A stretch of DNA of 64,000 nt, from the NCBI GenBank assembly GCA_902528515.1, contig CABZTD010000007.1, forward strand, positions 4,670-68,669, read 5' to 3'. Positions within the stretch are counted from its first letter, which is position 1. Each line of letters begins with the position of its first letter. A program made the position numbers and the translations under genes. Of the stretch, positions 56,470 to 63,992 are shown piece by piece. Source of the DNA: K189A clade bacterium. Its GTDB lineage: Bacteria; Pseudomonadota; Gammaproteobacteria; Pseudomonadales; Azotimanducaceae. Below the pieces are notes generated by a model. It was not told the origin of the DNA. It saw only the letters and a program-made list of their open reading frames with translations, and did not search any database.

Positions 56470-57171
56470 TTAGCTGCCCCAAGATTTGACGCGAACTACT
56501 ATTGAGTCCTCCTCGATCGTACGAATTCCATCGACGCTTGCTAGAAATTCAGTCCAAGCGGGAGTATCTCGGTTGGCGTCCATGCCTGCCATCAACTCCG
56601 CCATATTGTTTGCGTAAATTCCTACAACATGTGAAGTCTTTCCAGACCCGGCTCCCATTATTTGAGAGATGTTGGATGGTAAATCACTATCCCGAGCAGT
56701 CATCATCTTTGTCCATGCATCCGCATACTTAGCTGGGTCCTTTACGTTCATTAGGATAAATCTACTTATGGGATTGGATGAAGTAATAGCCTCTGGCGAA
56801 CCTGCACTGATCCCTGTGGACCTATACATGCTTTCAGTAACCGGTGTCATTACACCAACCATCGCGGCTTGCATTTTGGCCAGATCCTCTGAACCCGAGT
56901 TCAGAGTTCGTGATTTGTCCATATCTTCCGCGGAATCATATGAAACGGAAATGGCGTGAGTCGCGGGATTTGCACCGTTGGATATGATTTGGAATAAGGT
57001 TACTCGAGCGGGATTTTTTTGCCCGGTTGGCGATGCCGAATACTCGTCGATGGCAGCCACTAGAGCCGCAGGGTTAGTGACGTTTACCTGGTAATACGTT
57101 CCCATCGGAGTGGCTGCATTGGCCGATTGCGCTAGAAGGAATAAACCAATGAACATTGAAAAAAGCTTCAT
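56470..57171 (-). CDS. Exported hypothetical protein, probable tandem dimeric alpha+beta barrel (cargo)
   Basis: Signal peptide ending ANA; two internally similar halves (YQVNVTNPAA...THAISVSYDS and LMNVKDPAK...SHVVGIYANN). Confidence 0.75.
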   Translation of the reverse strand: MKLFSMFIGLFLLAQSANAATPMGTYYQVNVTNPAALVAAIDEYSASPTGQKNPARVTLFQIISNGANPATHAISVSYDSAEDMDKSRTLNSGSEDLAKMQAAMVGVMTPVTESMYRSTGISAGSPEAITSSNPISRFILMNVKDPAKYADAWTKMMTARDSDLPSNISQIMGAGSGKTSHVVGIYANNMAELMAGMDANRDTPAWTEFLASVDGIRTIEEDSIVVRVKSWGS

Positions 57172-57466
57172 ATACTCTCTCTTATTTTTATTTGAAGGTT
57201 AGCGGAAGTGAGATCGTAAAATCTGAATCCCAGAGGCTACAATGCCGAAAAACTCGTTGGAACGAAAGTGCGATAAAGAGCCTCTAGTTTTTTCACACGC
57301 TGCACGCGTCGACAGGGCAAGCACCGCCGCACTTGCTGCAGATTGGACATTTAGGACTGCAGGTCGTCTCGTTTGAAAAGGTTGAGCTCTAATGAGCCCC
57401 TAACCTAAAAGTAAGCCTCCGAACAAAAAGATTGAATACCAAAGGCCACGCAGGAAATTAGATTGA

Positions 57467-58030
57467 ATGAATAACAACGAGAGCGGCAAATACACGAACA
57501 GTATGCTTCAAGACATTATGAAGAAGCATGCTCCAGTAAACGAATCCAATGAGAGGAAGGTAGATAAGAGCGCCTTTGATTGGACACGCACACTAGCTTA
57601 CCTAACACAAATTCTTTCGCGAGCTAAAGAGGCTCGCCAAGCACAACTTATTCTCGGTGAGGCTCTTACTGAAAAATTTTCAGACCCCTCAGTTATTACG
57701 AACCAGAGCCTGGAGGATGTGACAAGCTCTACGGATCGCGTGGGTATTTTTTTACTTCTTGTGGGAGCTGACGCCGCTTCAAAAATTATCGAGATGTCTG
57801 AAGAACGAGACGCAGTGTTGTTGATAAAAAGTTGTTTGGACTTAGACGAAATGCCACAAGAGAGAGTATTCAACATTTTGAAAGATTTTGTAGCCATGGA
57901 TGAAGCGGAAAAGTTCAAAAATATGCAACCAAAAACCTACGATGAACACGTGGCTGTGCTTAGATTGGCTGCTCACGATGACCTCGAGGGTTTCCATAAA
58001 GCCGCACTCTCGCTTTTATCTGCCCGATAG
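57467..58030 (+). CDS. Hypothetical protein with a FliG-N-like segment (cargo)
   Basis: 187-aa ORF; VGIFLLLVGADAASKII...LDEMPQERVFNILKDF resembles the FliG N-terminal pattern. Confidence 0.6.
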   Translation: MNNNESGKYTNSMLQDIMKKHAPVNESNERKVDKSAFDWTRTLAYLTQILSRAKEARQAQLILGEALTEKFSDPSVITNQSLEDVTSSTDRVGIFLLLVGADAASKIIEMSEERDAVLLIKSCLDLDEMPQERVFNILKDFVAMDEAEKFKNMQPKTYDEHVAVLRLAAHDDLEGFHKAALSLLSAR

Positions 58031-58209
58031 GACTCGGTTAAGTTTCTAAGGATTCCGAGTAAACCGGCATGACGGTTTACTTTAGGGCCTTCAAAACGCT
58101 CGAAGCATCCACTTGCTTGTACTTGTGTCCTCTAGACCCTTTTCAGGGTGACTCCTTCAGCTTACGTCTAAACTAGTAATCCAGAAGCAAAAATATACCT
58201 AATAATCCT

Positions 58210-58926
58210 TCATCGAATAGCGTAACCAGTTATGCCCGCATCGGAGGTATTCTCGGCGTAGATCCACGGATTGCCCGACGCTTGAAATTCTGCCACTTCC
58301 TTGGCCAATTCCACGGATTGCGTGGTAGCTTCCATCTTGGTGACGAAATCTAATCTTGATTCTGCGAACATTATGAAATGGAAGCCTTGCGGAGATCCAA
58401 AGTCGCTCGTGTAAACTTCAACGCGTATCCCAGATTTTTCAAAAAGTTCCTCCATCCTCTTCAATCTTGCCTGCACCTCCATTTCTTTCCCATACTCTGC
58501 CTCCATTCCTGTCCAAGCTCTAAAATATGCGGGAGCAGAAAAACTGGAAGCCTTTACCTCCCCGTCGAGGTTGAATGCCTCTACGCTGGATAATAGTCGC
58601 GCGCTCGGCGTCTTTTGCTCCTCAGAAAACCAGGCCTGCAAGTCTGATGATGCGGCCATCGCATCCTTCGAGGTTCCCCAATCTTGAGGGGTATCCCATC
58701 GCATGCAGTAATCAAACTGCGTGCCCGAACCGCCAATTTCGATAGCATAGATATCAACATGTGCACCAAATCTTTCTTGAATTTTGGCAACCTCTGACAT
58801 CCTCTCAATCATAACCGTTTGTTTTCCAGCCACTGGATTAAATGAATAACATTCCATTACTTCAGCATGCGAGGCTGAGAAAAGCGCGATTAGCAGAGTA
58901 AAAGTGATAATGATTCGTGCGCGCAT
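58210..58926 (-). CDS. Exported hypothetical protein, NIPSNAP-like tandem barrel (cargo)
   Basis: GGAGGA RBS, signal peptide ending SHA, two similar halves (PVAGK...FDYCMRWDT and EYGK...FHFIMFAES). Confidence 0.75.
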   Translation of the reverse strand: MRARIIITFTLLIALFSASHAEVMECYSFNPVAGKQTVMIERMSEVAKIQERFGAHVDIYAIEIGGSGTQFDYCMRWDTPQDWGTSKDAMAASSDLQAWFSEEQKTPSARLLSSVEAFNLDGEVKASSFSAPAYFRAWTGMEAEYGKEMEVQARLKRMEELFEKSGIRVEVYTSDFGSPQGFHFIMFAESRLDFVTKMEATTQSVELAKEVAEFQASGNPWIYAENTSDAGITGYAIR

Positions 58927-59039
58927 ATTTCCTCCAAAATTATTTTTCTTATCCAAGGCGGGTATTAGATCGTGGCCCATCTTTACTGCTTGTAGAGCCG
59001 TACTAATACTTTTCAAGAGAGTAGAAGTTTTTAGACTCG

Positions 59040-59336
59040 TTATAAAGTTTGGGCAGCTGTATGCAATAGCCCAACCCCAATCGCTTCCCTAATCACCCGC
59101 TTGATCTCACTCATATAATACCGCTCTTTCGCCTGCCTCTCACGCCAGTTCTTGTAGCGCCCATGCTTAGTGTTTGCGGTTGAGATAGCGGCTCTGCCTG
59201 CGGGCGTCCTGGGGCCTGCGCTGAGGCCGCCGTAAAGCCTGCATCGGCGTTTGCCCTCTATGGGGAACTTCGCGCAAGGCACGCCTGAGCGTGTTTTGGC
59301 GCCGCATCTAATGGGTGTTTGGGCAGGATCATTCAT
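59040..59336 (-). CDS. HGGxSTG-domain protein (terminase-small-subunit-like N-terminus)
   Basis: RCGAKTRSGVPC...GKRRCRLYGGLSAGPRT...NTKHG; AAGGA RBS upstream of ATG 59336. Confidence 0.8.
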   Translation of the reverse strand: MNDPAQTPIRCGAKTRSGVPCAKFPIEGKRRCRLYGGLSAGPRTPAGRAAISTANTKHGRYKNWRERQAKERYYMSEIKRVIREAIGVGLLHTAAQTL

Positions 59337-59627
59337 AGGCTCATGTCCTTTTTGTAATTTGGATGTCTGCGGGAGGGGCGTAGGCCGATTTGCCCGGCCC
59401 CAACATCGTGCGAGGCGAATGTCATATATAAGCGGAACCTGACACGTATTCGCGTTAAGGGGGTGTGCCGGCACACGAGTGAGTCAAATATTTTTTGGGT
59501 GTGGGTGGCTAGGGACCCAAGTAGACTACGCTTTGATAAAGCCCCGAAGAAACGAGCATGCTTATTTTGAGCAAACCTCGCCAGCAAGCCGATGCTCTCA
59601 TCTTAACGGAACGAATTTCTCATTTTA

Positions 59628-59650
59628 GTTGGGTACTAGTTTGGATACCA
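59628..59650 (+). repeat. Putative integrase arm-type sites, right end
   Basis: GTTGGGTACTAGTTTGGATACCA, a direct counterpart of 49387-49409. Confidence 0.65.
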
Positions 59651-59712
59651 GTAAGCTATTGTCGAACGCTATCGATGCAACCTTCTGTTTTATAACGTTT
59701 TTTCTATATTTG

Positions 59713-59735
59713 TCGACTCCTACCTCTTCCGCCAT
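59713..59735 (+). repeat. att copy 1 (selC 3' end duplication)
   Basis: Identical to 49253-49275. Confidence 0.95.
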
Positions 59736-59807
59736 GTTTTTCAAATAGCCAATTATTTCGGTTGGTTATGAACTTTTCACTTTCACCTGTATCGGCCAAA
59801 TACATTC

Positions 59808-59911
59808 ACTTGCTACATTCTGAAGGTCAAACGGGCTGATACAGGCTCGTAAGTGATTGATTCAAATACGGTCGGAAATATGGGTTCGACTTGTACCTCT
59901 TCCCCAATATT
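59808..59911 (+). repeat. Conserved right arm plus degenerate att copy 2
   Basis: Ungapped 104-bp match to 63092-63195 (14 mismatches by my count); ends TGGGTTCGACTTGTACCTCTTCCCCAA; contains an IHF consensus on the reverse strand at 59850-59862. Confidence 0.9.
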
Positions 59912-59995
59912 CTCCTCTCAGGCACTCCTTGGGGGGTTTGATTCTCCGAGAATTTGTAATTCTCTGAAGATTGGACAATACGGCAGACTGTTAGT

Positions 59996-61006
59996 TCAAG
60001 ACAAGTCCAGGAGCATTTTAAACACCTTCATCTCTGCACTGCCTTGCCCCAGGGCAGACAAATCTTCGCTTTTTTTCTCCCAAAACGGAGAGGGAACCTT
60101 TTTACCCGCTTTCACGACTTTGCAAATCTCGTCCCAGTACCCCTTTTCGCCACATAGCCTATCAAAACTGACCATCCGCACATTGTCTCGATATCGATTG
60201 GCTACACCCAGAATGAAGCCGTAGGCATCTACCCAGGCTCTCAGCCAATAATCTATGGACTTCGGCTCAAGTTGATCAAACTGCGGTTTTTCACTGCGCT
60301 CAAAGCCAAAGGCACGGTGATTACTACCGAACTCGTGATGAACTAGCCACTCGAAATATTTATTCGAGAAGGCGTCTTGATCGCTGAAGCGCAAATGTTG
60401 ACGCAGCAAACTCTCCGCCTGCCTCATAGGGTGCCTGAACAAAACTAAGAATCTGGTGTCTGGGAAGTACTCCGCCAAGCTCTCAAGTCTGAGTATGCTG
60501 TTGTTGTTTTTAGCCAGATAGCGAGCTTTTCCGTATCTAGTGCAAACCATTTGCTGGTATCGCGTTAAAAGTTTGACTAGTTTTTCATCCAGTTTGTGGA
60601 CAGCAAGGTGATCGGCATGAATATATACGTCTCCGATGAAAACTCGCCAAAATACCTCTTCCAGTCCTTCGGGAGACAGGTAGTTATGATCGATTCCATC
60701 ACCATGGGCCCTAGATTCTGTTACCAGTGATGCTTTGTTCAACTTCACGATCTTCGCCCAAAGATTAGGAGCCATTACAAACGGCATATCAGAATAGGTT
60801 AGCGAGGCAAACTCTCCAGTCTCATGCAACGCCCTGGTTATCGCAGTTGTACCAGAACGAGCTAAACCCGTTACGTAAACAGGATTTTCGACCTTCGAAT
60901 TTAGAGCAGAAAACTGCGCATCCAGTTTGAACAGGGTTTCCCCGAGCCTTGGAGAAGGCAGTGCGACCCAATGTAGAGCCCTTTCGAGTAAAGTGTACCT
61001 AGCCAC
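59996..61006 (-). CDS. PAPS-dependent sulfotransferase family protein
   Basis: 5'-PSB loop VTGLARSGTT and 3'-PB motif LFRHP...S. Confidence 0.88.
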   Translation of the reverse strand: MARYTLLERALHWVALPSPRLGETLFKLDAQFSALNSKVENPVYVTGLARSGTTAITRALHETGEFASLTYSDMPFVMAPNLWAKIVKLNKASLVTESRAHGDGIDHNYLSPEGLEEVFWRVFIGDVYIHADHLAVHKLDEKLVKLLTRYQQMVCTRYGKARYLAKNNNSILRLESLAEYFPDTRFLVLFRHPMRQAESLLRQHLRFSDQDAFSNKYFEWLVHHEFGSNHRAFGFERSEKPQFDQLEPKSIDYWLRAWVDAYGFILGVANRYRDNVRMVSFDRLCGEKGYWDEICKVVKAGKKVPSPFWEKKSEDLSALGQGSAEMKVFKMLLDLS

Positions 61007-61376
61007 TAGTGCTTTTCTTAGTTCTGTTATAGAAGATGATCAAAGCGGTTAGCCAAACCGCGATGATTGGATTCGACAAGCCGCTCAATAATAATTCGTC
61101 GAGTTCGGGAAAGACCACACAGAGAACAAGCGTGGGCGCAAGGATTGCCAGCAAAGCCGAGACGAACCATAAAATCGTGCTAGCAATAAGGCCTGACAGA
61201 TTTAGTATTGCGGTCTGCTTTTTGTCGTCCGCCGCTTCGTCGTCAAGCAACAACGATTTCGTATCTCTAACTGACCCAAGAAGCGTGTTTAACCTAGTTC
61301 GAAGTTGATTTGACCTAAATATTTCAACCAACAGTATACTGGTGCCGCTCAGGACAATGAAGGCCAGAAAATCCAC
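60999..61376 (-). CDS. Small membrane protein
   Basis: Three hydrophobic segments; overlaps the sulfotransferase start. Confidence 0.75.
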   Translation of the reverse strand: MDFLAFIVLSGTSILLVEIFRSNQLRTRLNTLLGSVRDTKSLLLDDEAADDKKQTAILNLSGLIASTILWFVSALLAILAPTLVLCVVFPELDELLLSGLSNPIIAVWLTALIIFYNRTKKSTSG

Positions 61377-61382
61377 AACCAG

Positions 61383-61607
61383 TCACGATTGTTCTGTATC
61401 TTCCGTTGGTGGGTCTCTCCTTAGAACCTTCTTCAGTGGATAGTAGATAAGGCCAAACAAAAAAAGCCCTACTGCAACGAGGATTCCTGCAATTACGGCC
61501 AAAGCTCCCGCACCCAAACCTGGACCAACGTACGCCGCTCCCTCGGAAGGGAAAAGGAGCACAGTTATTGCGAGAAGGGGAGTAATGTGTGATCTGGATT
61601 TAATCAA
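61383..61607 (-). CDS. Small signal-peptide/TM protein with AYVGPGLGAG motif
   Basis: Signal peptide, AYVGPG motif, one TM helix, basic tail; in an operon-like run. Confidence 0.75.
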   Translation of the reverse strand: MIKSRSHITPLLAITVLLFPSEGAAYVGPGLGAGALAVIAGILVAVGLFLFGLIYYPLKKVLRRDPPTEDTEQS

Positions 61608-61620
61608 CGATGTTCCTAAA

Positions 61621-62874
61621 TTAAAAATGTAAAAAGGTCCGAGGCTCGGAATCTGCCACTCTCCCAGAATCGTCCCAGTTGGGAGAACGAAGTGAGAAAC
61701 GCCCAGTCTTCATATTGCAGATCATTTCTGTCGCCACATTTGAAAAGCTTAGAGACATAAAGTTACCACTGATCTCGACCGAACCACCAGTGGCTGTTTG
61801 AACGTCATTCGGTCTAGAGCACCCTACTATCTCGGTCACGAATCCGGTTTGTGGATCAAATCGCAGAACTCTATTACTTAGTGCATCGGGATCCTTCTCC
61901 CTTCTCCGTCTGTAAGCGCTCTCGATAAGATTGTTGTCGAACAGATAAATATTCCCGTCCTCATCGAACTTAGCTGAGTGCTGATTTGCCCAGGGCCCGA
62001 CCTTGTATAGAACGACAAGCTTTTCGGATGGTCGATAGACCAAAACCATTGACATGTGCCTCAGGCTGAGCAGGAGGTCTCCCGTCTGTACAAGACCGAC
62101 ACCAGAAGCAGCGGGGTAAACGCTATTCAGGTGAAACGGATCAACCTCTAACCCACTACCATGGATATATGCAGCCATATCACTAGCTTCAAAAATTGCT
62201 GTGAGCGACTCACTGTACAGTAGCTTGCCGTCCGGGGAGATGATTCCAAAGCCATCGTCTCGGTATTGATCAAAAGTTTTGTCATAGGGAGGTGCTTGAT
62301 CCTCCTTTAAAACAGCGGCGTATTGTTTTTTTAAAGCACCATTTGGTTTTTCGTTGCCAATATTCTCGGGAAAATAAAGCGGATAATATATCCTACCCGT
62401 ATCATCGACATGCACACCCTGCAAATGGTGGGCGTAAGGGGCTTCAAAAGACCAAATTTGCTCTAGCGCCCCGTCGGTCTCACGCCTTCGAAATTTCCTG
62501 AATGACTGTTCGTAGTAAGAATATACAATCCCCTCCTCCCAAAACACTCTTAACACGTTACCTTCTATCTTGGTATCGAAAAGGGGGGAATCTTCTTTGG
62601 TATGAAAAATATATCCAGCCTTCGAGTAATAGTACTCCGCCCCCTCTACTTCGTCCCAAAACCTTTTAGAACGAACAGATTCTGGAATTGAAGGGCGTGA
62701 GGTTTCTAGTCCGCTCTTTAAGTGACGAAATAACTCAACAGGGAGGTCTGCAAGTGTAAGTAAAGGAGTCCTAATTGCAGCTAGAGCCGGATGATGAATA
62801 TGTCTAACGGCAAAGGCTGTAAAGCTTAAACTCACAATGAAGAAACTGGTAACAAAAAGAGTCTTGAAAAACAT
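61621..62874 (-). CDS. Arylsulfotransferase (ASST)-family beta-propeller protein
   Basis: AHH, DPFHLNSV, LLLSLRHMS, NQHSAKF and LFDN motifs; N-terminal signal/anchor. Confidence 0.8.
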   Translation of the reverse strand: MFFKTLFVTSFFIVSLSFTAFAVRHIHHPALAAIRTPLLTLADLPVELFRHLKSGLETSRPSIPESVRSKRFWDEVEGAEYYYSKAGYIFHTKEDSPLFDTKIEGNVLRVFWEEGIVYSYYEQSFRKFRRRETDGALEQIWSFEAPYAHHLQGVHVDDTGRIYYPLYFPENIGNEKPNGALKKQYAAVLKEDQAPPYDKTFDQYRDDGFGIISPDGKLLYSESLTAIFEASDMAAYIHGSGLEVDPFHLNSVYPAASGVGLVQTGDLLLSLRHMSMVLVYRPSEKLVVLYKVGPWANQHSAKFDEDGNIYLFDNNLIESAYRRRREKDPDALSNRVLRFDPQTGFVTEIVGCSRPNDVQTATGGSVEISGNFMSLSFSNVATEMICNMKTGRFSLRSPNWDDSGRVADSEPRTFLHF

Positions 62875-63091
62875 AAGCTAGAATCCCGTATAACCTCGAA
62901 ACAGAGTAAACATCCGAAGATGCGATGTCTGCTTCCTTCCGTTTAGAGAAATTATCCCACGATCAGGCAAAGTGAGCTAAAAAAAAGCAGAAAGCGTGGT
63001 GAATCTACAATTCTGCAACATTCAAAAATGTACGCGTTTGTATATATCGCTAGAGATTTTGATAAGGTTACCTATCTCCACTTTCACTTTG

Positions 63092-63195
63092 ACTTGCCAC
63101 ATTCTGACGTTCTAATGGGCTGATACAGGCTCGTGAGTGATTGATTTAAATACGGTTGGCAGTATGGGTTCGACTCCTACCTCTTCCGCCATATT
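63092..63195 (+). repeat. Conserved right arm plus att copy 3
   Basis: 63165-63193 is identical to 49248-49276 (29 bp); the upstream arm matches 59808-59880. Confidence 0.93.
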
Positions 63196-63260
63196 TTAAA
63201 AATAACTAGTTATTTCAATTTTTATAGACATTGTCTGCTCTAAACAAAAACAAAAAACAC

Positions 63261-63992
63261 ATGCTCACGCTTTATGGATTGCCCAGCTGCGCAGGTTTAC
63301 GTTCGCCAAGCCCTTGGGTTATGAAGGTCGAACTTGCATTACGTTACTTCGGGTTAAATTATTCGCTCGTACAACCTCAAATTGTGCGTGCCAGCTTTGC
63401 ATCGCCCTCAAGAAAAGTTCCTCACCTTCTTATTAATAGTGAACCTTTCGTCGAATCTGAGCGGATTTTAATGGTTCTTGAAAGGTATGCGAGCCCACGT
63501 ACCTTTCCTCATCCTGATGACGAGGACAAAGTCAGTGGCATTGCTCTTGTTAGGCTCGTTGAAGATCATCTGTACCATATTATTTGTAAGTCGAAGCACG
63601 CGGATCCAGATACAACAAAAATAATGTGGGCAGAGATGTTTCCTTACCCATGGTTTCCGGCGGGGTTATGGACGAAGCTAATGCAACGGCTGATGTGGAA
63701 ACGTCGACTAGCAAACACGTCAATAGGCGGCCTTACCGAAGATGAAGTCCGCGAGGAGGCGCAAAAAGACATCCAAACGTTAGTGGCCCAACTCTCTGAA
63801 ACCAACTTTATTGCTTCTGACAGTCTTACGATGTACGACTTCACCGTAGCTGCACATATCGCCTCCATTCTGTATTGGAGGATAGACAACTGGTTGGCAC
63901 CGCTATTCAGGGAGCATCAGGTCTTTTATGACTACGTCCAAAGGGTGGCAGAGGCTGTTGGAGGTTTTGATTACGAAATTCCACGCGCGTAG
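63261..63992 (+). CDS. Glutathione S-transferase, metaxin/FAX-like
   Basis: SPSPWVMKVELALRY, KVP, ESERI, RLVEDHLY and LTMYDFTV N-cap. Confidence 0.85.
   Translation: MLTLYGLPSCAGLRSPSPWVMKVELALRYFGLNYSLVQPQIVRASFASPSRKVPHLLINSEPFVESERILMVLERYASPRTFPHPDDEDKVSGIALVRLVEDHLYHIICKSKHADPDTTKIMWAEMFPYPWFPAGLWTKLMQRLMWKRRLANTSIGGLTEDEVREEAQKDIQTLVAQLSETNFIASDSLTMYDFTVAAHIASILYWRIDNWLAPLFREHQVFYDYVQRVAEAVGGFDYEIPRA

Larger units (their letters stand above)
49253..59735 (+). mobile_element. Phage-satellite-like integrative element (~10.5 kb) inserted in the selC 3' end
   Basis: 23-bp direct repeat TCGACTCCTACCTCTTCCGCCAT at 49253-49275 and 59713-59735 flanking integrase, alpA, primase, helicase, cargo and an HGGxSTG gene. 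Confidence 0.92.

Noticed and set aside
58058-58150. Hairpins AGTAAACCG-N6-CGGTTTACT and ACCCT-TTC-AGGGT as further origin relics
   Set aside because: They lie between convergent genes and are adequately explained as terminator-like; no match to the other modules.
59440-59520. cos-like site upstream of the HGGxSTG gene (GGGTCCC, palindrome GTGTGCCGGCACAC)
   Set aside because: The match to lambda cosQ is short and imperfect and no cosN is recognisable; it cannot be supported without virion end data.
59881-63193. Additional tRNA genes at 59881 and 63165
   Set aside because: Only the T-arm and 3' acceptor strand are present, so these are att duplications.
59808-63195. Classical integron attC sites
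   Set aside because: No RYYYAAC...GTTRRRY palindromic structure, and the integrase is P4-type rather than IntI.
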